Positions 12,787 through 25,400 of a DNA stretch of 64,000 nucleotides are shown here, one piece after another. The notes below the pieces were generated by a model. That model saw only the letters and a program-made list of their open reading frames with translations. It made no database searches and had not been told where the DNA came from. Position 1 is the first letter of the stretch. Each line of letters starts with the position of its first letter. The DNA is from Lama guanicoe (Eukaryota): contig MU054323.1 in assembly GCA_013239625.1 (NCBI GenBank), forward strand, positions 18,990,819 through 19,054,818. The letters are read 5' to 3'. A program made the position numbers and the translations under genes.

Positions 12787-15269
12787 TACACACACACACA
12801 TTTATATATATTTATTTGTATATATGTATATATACACACACATTTGTTTTATTTTTGGATTTCACATATAAGTGATATCATATAGTATTTGTCTTTCTCT
12901 GACTTACTTCACTAAGTATAATATTCCTTAGGTCCATTCATATTGCTGCAAATGGCAATATTTCATGCTTTTTATGGCTGAGTAATATTCCATTGTGTAC
13001 ATACACCACATCTTCTTTAGCCGATTGACTCCTAATGGGCAATTTCTCCTATTGCATAAGTTGTCTTTTCTTATTGTTGATGGTTTCCTTTTCTGTGCAA
13101 AAGCTTTTAAGTTTGATTAGATCCCATTATTTTTTTCTTTGCCTTGAGAGACTTACCTAAGAGAATATTGCTACAGTTTATGTCCGCCTCTTTTAGGAGT
13201 CTTTTTGTTATCATGTTCTATATTTAGATCTTTAAAACATTTGAGGGAGTATTTTTATATGGTGTGAGGGGGTGTTTACATTTCATTAATTTAGATGTAC
13301 TTTAATTTAATGGACAGTAAGTTTTCAGTCATAATTTCTTCAAATATATTTTCAATACGCCCCCCCTCTTCTGGGACCTCTACTATGTATATAGGTTGAC
13401 CTGTTTTATTTTATCACATAGATCTATGTTACTTCCTAGTTTTTTTTTTTAATTTGTCTTTCTGTCTTGTTCTGACTGGATGATTTCCATTAATCTATCT
13501 TCCAGATCACTTATTCATTCTTCTGTGTCATTTAGTCTACTGCATATTGCTTCTAGACTGTTTTTCTTTTTTAATTTGGCAATTGTTTATTTTTGACTGG
13601 TTCATCTTTATAGTGTATAGTTTCTTGTTACAGTGATCTGCATTTCTATCAATACTCTTTCTAAATTCTTTTAGTATTCTTATTAACTCTTTTTTGAACT
13701 CAGGGTCTAGTAGTCTACTGAGGTCTGTTTCATTATTTGCTCTTTCAGGAGTTTCTCTTGTTCTTTTAATTAGGAGTAGTTCCTCTGCCTTTTTATTTTA
13801 CTTAACTTTCTCTGTCTCTGTGAATTCAGGAGAAACAGTTATCTACTCTGGTCTTGAAGGGGTATTTTTATGTGGGAGCAACCCTGTGTAGATTGTGTTT
13901 TTCCAGTGTTTCTGGTGTGAGGGCTGGTTTTGGTGTGGACACCAGCCACATCTTTCCTCAGGGTGTGCTGGCTGTTACCCCCTTGACAGGGGGTGAGGTT
14001 GGGGCTGTATTACCTAGAGCCTGTGCTGGGTGTGATTCTTCCTTTCTGCTCTGTGGCTGTCATCGCCCTGTAAAGGATGGAGGTTGCCCCCCTTTTGTTG
14101 GAGTAGAAGCCCTGAGGGCTGGGTTCGATCAAGCTAGGTTGTCCTTGAGTGTGTTCCCTGCCTCAAAGGAGGTGAGTGCTGAAGCAGGTGAGGCCCATGT
14201 GCTCACAGAGGACCTATGTTCCACCTGTATAGCTGTCCATAGTTCTGCTCAGAAGCAGCTCAAGACCGTGAGGTCCTCTTCTCTGATGTGTCAGTCTCGG
14301 ATCTAGTGCAAGTTTGCTGTGTGGAGTAGGCTGGGGCTGGGAATCAGAGTGCTGTGGTTGCAGAGATTGAGGTGGTGGTGTTGTCACCAGAGATCTGGAT
14401 CACCTCTATGGAAGACTTCTCCCGGGACCTGCCTGCCCAGATCATGCACCAAGTTGAGGCATGAAGTGAGCAAAGCTGGGGCACTCCCATGGGGGGAGGA
14501 GCTGCTGCACACTCCTAAGTGTGCTGACAAAGGCTGTTGCCGCCCCACTGGGACCACACCATAGACCCTCTTGGCTGTTTCTGTGTAGCTGGAGGAGACC
14601 TCTTCCTGGGCCTGTCTTCCTAAGACTCAGCACTTAGCCATTGCACACACTTGTGGTGCTGCCCCATGTGTGCACTAACAGTGTCCTCTATGGTTCTGCC
14701 CAGATCACACCCCAAGTTCCCCAGTCTGTCTCTAGACTGAGTATCCGCCCAGATCATTCACTGGGCTGTGTTGTGGAGCGAGAGGGGCCCTTTCGGACTG
14801 GGAAGCGCTGTGAGGTGGCAGCCCCCAAGGCAGGGCTCTCCCTACTCTGACTGTCAGCAAGCCAGCACACACACACTCCTCGGGAGTGGAGTCTAGACTT
14901 CTCCAGCCCTTCCATCTGAAAGTGAATTTCCCAGCAGGCAAGCTGCTCTGTCTCCTGTGCACAGGACCCTAGGACTAGAATGTCCAGGTTGTGATTCGAT
15001 CTGCTCACTCACCAGGACAAGGGTCTGCCTGTACAGACCTCTTCCTCCTTGCAGGTACCTCCCAGGGGGTGCAGGTCCTAACCTGATGCCTTTTCATTCA
15101 GCCCTACCTGGCTAAATGGAGATCTTTCTCACAGCTTCGTTTTTTAGGGTTCTTCTCCAATTTCCAGTTAGTTTTCATGAGAATTTTTCCACGTGTAGAT
15201 ACGTTTTTGATATATTTTTTGCAGGAGTTGAGCACTATGTCTTTCTACTCCACCATCTTTCTCATCTCT
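12473..15269 (-). mobile_element. L1 retaining 5'UTR, ORF1 start, ORF2 tail and 3'UTR, with large internal deletions
   Basis: Poly-T plus 3'UTR at 12473; ORF2 remnant about 13040-13300; ORF1-type 'aagttttcagtcataatttcttcaaata' from 13319; GC-richer 5'UTR about 13800-15260 ending in 'ctactccaccatctt', the reverse of the L1 5' AAGATGG(C/T)GG motif. Confidence 0.82.
12741..12842. repeat. Compound (TA)n/(CA)n microsatellite inside the L1 3'UTR
   Basis: Direct reading. Confidence 0.9.
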
Positions 15270-16184
15270 TAATTCTTCCCTAAGTATCTTTTTTTAAATT
15301 ATAATTATGTTGTTTATATAATTACACATTATTTTTCCACCTAGCATTGTCATACGGATTTAAATCATACAAAGAATAACACAGCACTCAAGTGTTTTGC
15401 TTAGTTACGAGTTTTCTGTAAGAAAGCAAACAAAAAACAAACCAAAAAAATGTAACCTGGTGTGCTCTATTGTTGTCCTTGCCTGATAAAAGGAATCTTA
15501 TGATGTCCCAAGGGGTAGTGAAGTCTTCCTAGCACTAATTTCTAATGGAAAGTCATATGGTGTCTTATACGAGGCTAAACATGAGAATAGAATGAGCTGT
15601 CATGCTGATTTCTGTGTCTGTAGTAATTTTTCATGAAGTGAAGGAAAAGAAAGAACTACATAGCTTACCCTGGCTGCAGGCCAGATATTGACCAGACTAA
15701 GTCGTCCTCCTTTTGCAATAAACTAGAGCTGTTGCAGTGGTGTTTTCACTTGAAGGGGAGCCCAGCTATACAGGAGCCTAACTGACTGACTGCGAGTCTC
15801 CTGACAGACTGCCATTGCCACAGGGAGGAGCGCCACTGCCAGCCTTCATCTTTCCACCACTGCACGTCGGGCCACCTGTAAATATAAGTCTAGCTAATCA
15901 AGCTGCAGAAACCCAATAATAATGCTGTCTATTTGAGAGGCATTTCTAAGGTCTTGTATTCTCTCCTGTCAGGACTTTCACAAGTGACTAGACAGATTCA
16001 ATCTTTATATCCATTTACTAGATTTCATTCCTTTCAATCTCCTTAAGAGTAGTGTCTGTCTCTGTTATTTCTCTGTCTCTCTGTGCCCTATCCTTTGTCC
16101 TCAAGCAAGCCCATTGTCTTTTACTATTTAAATCCTCTAGAACCAATGGTATCTAATCATGTGAACTTTACCCTTATAATAATA

Positions 16185-16310
16185 TTGAGTTATTACTGCC
16201 CTTGATTTTCAGAAGGGAAACTGCAGCCAAAAACGTTAATTAAATGGCCAAAGTGATGACTCCTAAACAGTAGAGTCAAGGCTCAGTCTTCATGTCTGTT
16301 CAAGTCCACT
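16185..16310 (-). mobile_element. MIR SINE fragment
   Basis: 'attttcagaagggaaactgcagcc...gttaattaaatggccaaagtga' antisense MIR core. Confidence 0.6.
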
Positions 16311-16682
16311 CCCCTTTCTTTGTACACCATCAGCAGCTGCTTTCCCCTCATTCATCTCCTTGTTCTTTCTCCCTGCCTTCAGTGCTTTCATTTTGACACA
16401 GAATTTTATAACTCTCTTTCGACATTTCTTATCACCCTTGAGCTCCCTGTGTTTGCCATGTAAACAGTCATCATGCCAATACTCCTCTTTTGTAGGTGAA
16501 AAGGCTAATGCAGTGGTTTTCTTGTAATCCTTAGTTCTTCCCAGTTTTCCCACAAATGCAATGTCGAACACCCAGTCCTCGAAACTTGTATTGCCCTTAT
16601 TAACATGACATTACTCTTTCCTTTTTAACTCCCCCCCCAGAACTACAATTAGTTTTTTTTAAGCCCCTTTCTCAGCTTTTGA

Positions 16683-16812
16683 CACAGTGTATTATTGGTT
16701 AAGAAATTATCTAAAACAGAATGAGATTCAAATATCAACTCTACCGCTTGTTGTCTGCATGATTTTGTCCAAGTTTCCTAATATCTCTGAACCTCATTTG
16801 TATCATCTATGA
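16683..16812 (+). mobile_element. MIR SINE fragment
   Basis: 'ggttaaga...gattcaaatatcaactctaccgctt...tgattttgtccaagtttcctaatatctctgaacctcatttgtatcatctat'. Confidence 0.7.
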
Positions 16813-17213
16813 CAGGTAGCTTAGAGAGAGAAAGGAAAATTGCTCACAAAGCAAACAGAGCACAATGTAAACTCAAGACATGTTGGTTCACAAACCTTAA
16901 GTTTTCACAAATAAACATTTCAAATGAATTAACTGTTGTTACCATCACAGGGATATGTGCCGTATCACTTCAGGGGGTCCCCCAAAGGCAGGCAGCCTGT
17001 GTTGGCCCACAGCACCACGTACTTGCCAAATAGAAATTAAAATTACAACAACAATCATACTAAAAAGAAGGTACATCAAATAAAAAGAATATAAAGGACC
17101 CACATATTCTGTTTCTGTAATCCTTGTTGATTAGCCCCAATAAATTAAGAAATACTACTACTATATTATGGCACCAAAGAACTATAAACTTGAAATAGGG
17201 AGTCAGATATGAA

Positions 17214-17281
17214 ATAAAACATCCAACGCCAAATTCCCACTAGGTGATAGGATAAAACATCCAACGCCAAATTCCCACTAG
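17214..17281. repeat. Perfect 30-bp direct duplication with an 8-bp spacer
   Basis: ataaaacatccaacgccaaattcccactag at 17214-17243 and 17252-17281. Confidence 0.97.
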
Positions 17282-17319
17282 AAGTCAGTGGATGTGCACG
17301 TTAGAGAGAATCCAGTAGT

Positions 17320-17565
17320 GAAGCCTGTCATTGGAGGCAACCATGTTGGGAATATTTTCTTGACTGACTGTGGTGCATCTCTAGAATCTGGAAAATACAA
17401 GGAAATAGATTTTTCCCTAGAACTTCTAGAAAGGAATATGGCCTTGTACACATATGATTTTAGCCCACTAAGACCTATTCCAGCATTTTGAACGCCAGAA
17501 CTGTAAGAGAATACATTTATATTGCTAACTCCCTAACTTTATCATAACTTTTTATGGCAGTAATA
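17320..17565 (+). mobile_element. MaLR (MLT1-type) LTR, 3' part
   Basis: 'tctagaatctggaaaatacaaggaaatagatttttccctagaacttctagaaaggaat...gattttagccca...ccagaactgtaagagaata'; similar to the element at 59895. Confidence 0.8.
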
Positions 17566-18920
17566 ATGCTACTTATTATTATTACACTTAGTAGTATTAT
17601 ACTACTATTTAAAGTTTTTCCTTGTGGTAACTATCTGGATAAAATAAATAAACAGAGAAGAATGATTGGCTGAATTTTCTTCAGGGAATAATGATGGTCA
17701 CTTGGAAGTGCCACTCTTCCAAAAACCAAACACAAAAATCTATTTAAAATTGTAAATTTTTCTAGGAGCTAGAAACAAAAAAAATTTAATTGAAGTGTAG
17801 TCAGTTTCAGTGTGTCAGTTTCTGTGTATAGCACAATGTCCTGGTCATGCATATATGTACATATATTTATTTTCCTATTCTTTTTAATTGAAAGTTATTA
17901 CAAGGTATTGAATATAGTTCCCTGTACTATACAGAAGAAACTCATTTTCTTTAAACTATTTTTATATATAGTGGTTAACATTTGCAAATCTCAAAATTCC
18001 AAATTTATCTCTTCCTACCTCCTTTCCCCAGTAGCCATAAGATTGTTTACTATGTCTGCAAGTCTGTTTCTGTTTTGTAGATTAGTTTATAGTGTCCTTT
18101 TTTTCCTTTTTTATGATTCCACATATGAGTGGTATCATTTGGTATTTTTCTTTTTCTTTCTGGTTTGCTTCATTTAGAATGACGATCTCTAGGTCCATCC
18201 ATGTTGCTGCAAATGGCATTATTTTATTCTTTTTTATGGCTGAGTAGTATTCCATTATATAAATATCACAACTTCTCTATCCACTCATCTGTAGATGGGC
18301 ATTTAGGTTGCAGCCATGTTCTAGCTATTGTATATAGTGCTGTTACGAACATTGGGGTGCATGTGTCTTTTAGAATTAGAATTCCCTCTATATATGTGCC
18401 CAGGAGTGGGATTGCTGGATCATATAGTGAGTTTATTTTCAGTTTTTTGAGGAATCTCCAAACTGTTTTCCTTAATGGCTGTACCAAACTACATTCCTAC
18501 CAGCAGTGTAGGAGGGTTCCCTTTTCTCCACACCCTTTCCAGCATTTATCATTAATGGACTTTGAATGATGGCATTCTGACTGGTGTGAGGTGATACCTC
18601 ATGGTAGTTTTGATTTGCATTTCTCTGATAATTAGTGATATTGAGCATTTTTTCATTTGCCTATTGGCCATGTGCATGTGTCTTCATTGGAAAATTGCTT
18701 GTTTAGGTCTTCTGCCCATTTTTGGATTGAGTTGTTTGTTTGTTTCTTATAAAATTGTATGAGCTGTTTATATATTCTGGAAATTAAGCCTTTATCAGTT
18801 GCATCATTTGCAAATATTTTCTCCCATTCCGTAGGTTGTTGTTCTGTTTTGCTTATGGTTTCCTTTGCTGTGTAAAAGCTTATAAGTTTAATTAAGTCCC
18901 ATTTGTTTATTTTTGCTCTT

Positions 18921-19958
18921 TTTTCTTTTTTTTAAACATTTTTTATTGATTTATAATCATTTTACAATGTTGTGTCAGATTCCAGTGTAAAGCACAATTT
19001 TTCAGTTATATATGAACATATATGTATTCATTGTCACATTTTTTCTCTGTGAGCTACCATAAGATCTTTTGTATATTTCCCTGTGCTATACAGTATAATC
19101 TCATTTATCTATTCTACAATTTTGAAATCCTGTCTATCCCTTCCCACCCTCCACTCCCTTGTCAACCACAAGTTTGTATTCTATGTCTATGAATCTATTT
19201 CTGTTTTGTACTTATACTTTGTTTTTTTGTTTTTGTTTTTTAGATTCCACATATAAGTGATCTCATATGGTATCTTTCTTTCTCTTTCTGGCTTGCTTCA
19301 CTTAGAATGACATTCTCCAGGAGCATCCATGTTGCTGCAAATGGCGTTATGTTGTCGGTTTTTATGGCTGAGTAGTATTCCATTGTATAAATATACCACC
19401 TCTCCTTTATCCAGCCATCCCCTGATGAACATTTAGGCTGTTTCCATGTTTTGGCTATTGTAAATAGTGCTGCTATGAACATTGGGGTGCAGGTGTCATC
19501 CTGAAGTAGGGTTCCTTCTGGATATAAGCCCAGGAGTGGGATTCCTGGGTCATATGGTAAGTCTATTTCTAGTCTTTTGAGGAATCTCCATACTGTTTTC
19601 CATAGTGGCTGCACCAGACTGCATTCCCACCAGCAGTGTAGGAGGGTTCCCCTTTCTCCACAGCCTCTCCAGCATTTGTCATTTGTGGATTTTTGAATGA
19701 CGGCCATTCTGACTGGTGTGAGGTGATACCTCATTGTAGTTTTGATTTGCATTTCTCTGATAATTAGTGATATTGAGCATCTTTTCATGTGCTTATTGAT
19801 CATTTGTACATCTTTGTTGGAGAATTGCTTGTTCAGGTCTTTTGCCCATCTTTGAATTGGGTTGTTTGGTTGTTTCTTATTAAGTTGTATGAGCTGCTTA
19901 TATATTCTGGAGATCAAGCCTTTGTCGGTTTCATTTGCAAAGATATTCTCCCATTCCG
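18921..19958 (-). mobile_element. Young 5'-truncated L1 nested in an L1
   Basis: Poly-T tail at 18921; TSD tgctctt (18914-18920 / 19959-19965); uninterrupted 225-codon ORF2 frame. Confidence 0.95.
19240..19917 (-). pseudogene. L1 ORF2p C-terminal fragment (cysteine-rich domain), 5'-truncated
   Basis: [37 protein letters not shown] (CX3CX7HX4C), [13 protein letters not shown]; ends at the natural stop; lacks EN and RT domains. Confidence 0.93.
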
Positions 19959-21409
19959 TGCTCTTATTTCTATTGCCTGTGTAGACTGCCTTAGGAGAAC
20001 CTTGCTAAGATTTATGCCAGACAACATTTTGCTTACATTTTTTGGCAATGTGCTTTTATGATGCCAAACCAATAAATAAAAATAAAAAAATATAAACTGA
20101 TTGTACACAGTAAGAGCAGTCCGATTATTTGTTAAAAAATAGTTTACCACACTTGATAACTTGAAACAACCATATATTTAAGCCTGGAAATTCCTCAACT
20201 CAGATCACTTGGAAATAAAGGACCATATAGAATTCCTTAAAGTGGACTCTGGTTGTGTATCTGTCATAAGGAGATGCTAGAAGACTAAGTTACTTGATTT
20301 AAATATCTCTAATGAAATAAACTGGAGTCCTAATTAGGTCTTAATTAGACCACCCCTTAGCTGAAGGTTGTGATAAACTATTCAAGTGGTGCTTCCTTAG
20401 CCAGGCAGCAAGTTGCTATGATTGAAGAACTAGTTTCATTTTGTGGTTCCAAGAAGCTACATCACTTTGAGATTGAATCTCCTATGAGATTCAAAATTTA
20501 AGTGGGAAAAGTATGATTTATACACCCAAACATCCATCTTTGCGAATGGTCTCCGGAATAAAATGTTATTCTTTTCGTAGTTAGAGCTGCTATAAACAAT
20601 TAACTAGAAGGCCACATGAGAATGTTAGAAGAGGAAATGTATGCGCCATCTGAACATCTGGGTTTGTTTTCTCTCCTGGCTTGAGGAAAGCACCATGTTA
20701 AAACCTCAAGAAATCCTTTGCTATCATTCTTCATCCAGCCTCAATTAAATAGGACGTGGTTTTATACCTTCGGTGGTTTTGAGGTTTTGGCATCGCTTAC
20801 ACATTTGGGGTTGGATCCCTTTCTAACATTACAGCTGTTTTTAATACAGACATTGAAAACTAGAGGAAATGTATTAACTTTACTGCTTTACTGAGTGCTG
20901 TTGACTTTTTAATTTTTCCAGCACTTGTTTTAGGTGACCTGCTCTAGATTAATCCAAAATAATTCTTTTGATACACTGAGTTTCCTGTCAAAATAGATAT
21001 ATTGTGAGTTGCCTGTGCATCAAGTAGTCCCTTTACTTCTGTAAAATACATCTGAATTTTCAGGCATTGATGAGTAACTTTCATCATGACAATCTTTAAA
21101 GAATTAGAATGGCAAATTTTAGGAGTTCTTTCAAAAATAATAATGATAGTAAGTATCATCAAACTAGCCAGTTCTCACCTCTCACAGCTCTCCCAATCTC
21201 ACCGATATCAGAGAACTTTTTTTTTTGAAAAATCAGTAATTACAATAGCCACAACTAGTCAAAAGTTACCAATTTCAAGAAAGGCAGACTTTTTTTTTTA
21301 AACCTAAGCTATGATATCCCACAGCACATTTTACAGAAAGTCCAAGGGCTGGTGCTAGCAGTGATGGTGGTAATACTTGAATAAAGTGACTTAATTTTGT
21401 ATTAAAATT

Positions 21410-21600
21410 CCAAATCACTTTTATGCATGGTGCTTATTTTGCCATCTTGTGAAGCAGGTTGTGCAGGATTATGAAACATTTTGGAAGACAGGAAAAGTGA
21501 AGTCCAAGGAAATTAAATATCTTGTGTGAGATGACACCTTCATGAAGTGGAAAATCTAGGTTTCTTGGACTTAGCCCTACGGTCCTCACTGTCAGCAGTT
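21410..21600 (-). mobile_element. MIR SINE
   Basis: 'cattttggaagacaggaaaagtgaagtccaaggaaattaaatatcttg' antisense MIR core. Confidence 0.55.
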
Positions 21601-22459
21601 TCCTTTACTAGTTCTCTTGTGACTAAAGGAATGATCTGGACACCTTTCTCCCAAAGCTTTTCTGGAAAATACATTAACAAATTTGTGTAAAAAAAAAAAT
21701 TGAACACAGTGTTGTTCAAGGACTAAATTAGAGTGTGATGTTTTGCAGCTCCTGTCATCTAAAGAGCAAAGCTATACTTTAAATCGTTATAAAAGCTTTT
21801 CTTGAATCTGGTTCTTCTAGTCTATGCATGCATAATCTGAGAAACATGACCACATTATATTGTTGAGACACAATAGGGACAGTTGCAAGAAAAGTACTGG
21901 GGAGTTAGTACTTTCATCAGGACTTACTTCTTCATGACAAGTTTTTACTTAACCTATCTCTAACTACTCACTTATTTAATCTGTAAATATCAGTGATGCT
22001 ATGGAAGAATGAAAATAATGCTAACAAAAGAGTACTGCAGCTACAAATTTTATAAAATGCCTAAGTGTTATTTTTTAAAATGTGTTATTAAGAAGGGTTT
22101 TAAAAAACATCATAGTATCTTAAATATTTTTGTTTGCTAAATTTCTAGCCACAACTAAGATGAACCTGCTAAATTTGTTCAATAATAATCTCTCAAATGA
22201 CATTAGTTGTGTCCAAGTAATCTCCTTACTTGCACAATGATAACACCAATCTTAATGTAGCACAATGTAAAATGGAAGTTGTATTTGGAGTACCATGACA
22301 GTATGTACCATGTTCCAAAGAGGGGTACAAGTACATGATTCCAGGAGTATCTATCATCCAGCTATGACTTGTAAACCCTTCATCCCCACTGAAGAGATGA
22401 GAGGGCTTGAGCTGGTTAGAGACGTTGGTATAAATTTGATAGAGGAATATTGGCATGTT

Positions 22460-23430
22460 GTGTATGGCATGTGCACAGGAAGGCCTGTTCCTCAACTCAA
22501 GCATAAGGAAAGGGACTCTCCGAGCATCCTATATGGTTCCATTTATTCTATGGGACACCATGGACTGGTGTCTGACATATAACAAAGAAATCTGAAGATA
22601 TACTGAGTGACTAACCAGTTGCTTTGATGGTGGAGAAAAGGAACTCTTGTTATTGTCTAAGAATTGGCCTGAATTCACAGATTCTTTAGGGTTTGGAGGG
22701 GGAGCTAAAAGCAAGAGAATTTTCTTTGGTATATATGCATGAAAAATAGAAAGAAAACAAGCCAGTACTGAGTATTTTTTTTTAAACATAATTCAAGTTT
22801 TCAGCAGAAAGAAGCTGGACATAACAGATGCCTAGGATCTGTGGAAGGAATCACCAGGGAAAAGTTATGGTGGAGATGATTCACCAGTGCTTATGGGACC
22901 TCAACTGAGTGATCAAAGTGATGGGAATTTTTTTAGAGTCAGCTTAGACATCTGTCCGTTCAGAGGGTGGTAGATCTCCACAGTGACTCCAGGCATTAGA
23001 TACTTACCTGCTTCTGTTTCCTCTTCTCCCTCCCCCGAGTCGCACAGGGGGCCTGAAGCTAAAATTAACAGGACAGGAAAGGAAGAATAGAAGTATTTGG
23101 TGGAGATGGAATAAGGAACTACATACCCCTTTTTTCGTCTTCCAGATTCTCATTTATAGTAAGCAAGTCGGGGAAGAAGTTTTAACTTGAAAGCAAGATT
23201 GAAACTATCACTTCAATTGGGTCACTAAACTGAGACTATGCTGCATGGACTGAAGAGACTGGAGAATAATTTTTGCTGCTTACAAATAACCAGAAAAGCC
23301 ATTAGGACTTACCTTATTTGTTCTTTCAGGGTCAGGGGAAAGCCCACAAAGTAAATTTAAAAGAACTATAGGAGGCATGTTGCTCTCTGATGACACTCCA
23401 TTGAGTCCTGCAGTAGACTGTTGTCAAACC
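22460..23430. mobile_element. Possible ancient solo LTR (Gypsy/ERVL-like), family not determined
   Basis: Purine-rich block, GC-richer than its flanks, with an end resembling recalled ancient LTR ends ('aaagtaaatttaaaagaac...acactccattgagtcctg'); no TSD found. Confidence 0.3.
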
Positions 23431-24779
23431 AGTGATAACAATCGTTAAGAAGATGATGAAGTTATTTGACTGGCTTTTTGACTTCCCTTCTAAATCTAAA
23501 CCTCCAACATACATTTTCAGACTCAAAACATCTCTTTCTTTTGATGTCTATTATCTTCTGTTCTCAAGTTTCCATTCTGTTTCTGAAAATATAATATAAA
23601 AGCAAAAGGTTCTGTTTCTCCTTCCAGCCAAAGAACATTTTGAACCTTGTTATGGAAAAATGGAAATCTAAACAGCTTTTAAGCCACAGTGTTAAATATC
23701 AGCATTTCCCTGTCATTTACGAAAGAGCAGGTAGTGACAGAACAACTCGTGGGGAATTAATAATAGAATGGTACCTGAACTACGTTAGGCATGTTCCTTT
23801 TTGGCTGTGATTTCCAGCTGATGATGAAAGAGCAGCAGTATTATACAGTAATGGCCTCCCCTCCACACCGCTGTTTTTCAGAATTTCACTCAATAAACTA
23901 CAGCCTGTCTGTACTCCTTTAATAATCAGCTATAGAGTTAGGAGCAATATAAAAGCACTTCCATATTTTATAGTAACTAAGCATCACTGCTGTCTATAAT
24001 TACAGTCAGTACTGGAACAAAAGGGGAAAGACTTAATTTTCTTAGTGTTGTCATGCATGTAAAAACAATCAAGTTTTCCCTTTTTCTGGTAATTGCATTG
24101 ACTGGTCCTAGCTGGTTTTCCTTTTCCAAATTGTTAAGTCAGCTGAGCCATTGCAGTGTTAAAACAAAGTCATTAAACATCCAGCTGTTATTTCCTTTTC
24201 TGTAGTCCTAGTGGCAGTGATAAGCATCTTCCCAAGTCATGCTTATCTTTTGCTCTTACTCCCTCCAGGGTTAAGCCCACTCTCTTATTCATTGACCTTA
24301 AATCTTGATTAAGTTTTGGCTGGAAACTAATAAAGCCAAAAACTGGAAAAAGGAATAGCCCATTATTGATGGAATCTTGCCTTAAGAAACAGCGGGGGAA
24401 GCAATAATAAATGCTCTTTTATTAGATATTGTGCTAGGCTAATGCCTCTGGCTTTGTCAAGTTACTAAGGGAATGCAGGAGGGTTGAACACAGCATGTTC
24501 AGATTGAACAAGACTGTAGAAAAGATGGAGGGGGTGAGGTCTCAAAAGAGTTTATTTTCAGACCTTGTAAACTAATCTTACTGAATGATACATAGCTGCT
24601 CCAAACTTGGCATTGATGTCCAGTTCGTGTCAGGACTCATGCATGACAATGCTGAGTTGTCTTAACTATCATATCTTATTACCTCAAACAGAAGTAGATA
24701 CCATATTTTGGTATAAATAATAAAATAATTTCTTTTTCATAGACATCAGTGATTTATATCAGTAAATTTTAGAGAGTTC

Positions 24780-25400
24780 TTTCACTAGTAGTATGTATTT
24801 TCTTGTATTTTATACTCATATTATATTGGCTTTTCCATCATGTTTTCTGAAGTGTCGAAAGAGACTTGTTCAGATCTTCTACTATAATTGCAGAGTTCGT
24901 TATTTCTTCTTCGAAATCTGTCATTTTTGCTTTCTACATTTTATTGGGTGTATACAAATTTTTAATGGGTACACCCCCCACCCCCGGTGAGTCTTCAGCA
25001 TTTGGAATTTCTCCTCTTATCTCTAGTATATTTCCTGCATTAAAGCTTAGTTCATCTGTTATTAACATGGCTGCATAGCCTTTCTTCTGGATATAGTTTG
25101 TCAAATGTTTATTTTTCCCTCAACTTTCTTCTATTAGTTTTGTATCAGTATATTTATATAAGCCTCTTATAAACAACTCATAGTTAGATTTTTGAAATTT
25201 TAAGTACAATCTGAAAATATATTTTGAATTGAATATTTAGTACAGTTACATTTTATACAGTTATCAAAATATTTGAATTTATATACACCATCTTTTTTAT
25301 GCTATGTAGCCTCCCTTCTGTTTCTTTTACTCTCCTTTCTTGGTTTGTCTCAGATTGTGTAAATATTTTTATCATTGCAGTTTCCCCTTAATGACTGATT
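24780..25400 (-). mobile_element. Ancient L1 fragment (ORF2 start/inter-ORF region)
   Basis: 'tcttctactataattgcagag...tctgtcatttttgctttc...ttattgggtgtatacaaattt', 'cctcttataaacaactcatagttagattt'. Confidence 0.7.

Larger units (their letters stand above)
17785..20036 (-). mobile_element. 5'-truncated L1 (host copy), split by a nested L1 at 18921-19958
   Basis: 3'UTR from 17785; ORF2 C-terminal remnant (ORF 18266-18487, [10 protein letters not shown]...YDPAIPLLG); sequence resumes at 19959 with 'tgctcttatttctattgcc...ttgctaagatttatg'. Confidence 0.92.

Noticed and set aside
13694..15008. Cluster of overlapping ORFs up to 150 aa
   Set aside because: By-product of the GC-richer L1 5'UTR, where stop codons are rarer; no recognisable protein
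17214..17281. 30-bp direct repeat as a CRISPR-like array
   Set aside because: Only two copies, an 8-bp spacer, mammalian context and no cas genes
20473..20494. 9-bp-stem hairpin ttgaatctc-ctat-gagattcaa
   Set aside because: Short enough to be expected by chance in 64 kb of AT-rich DNA
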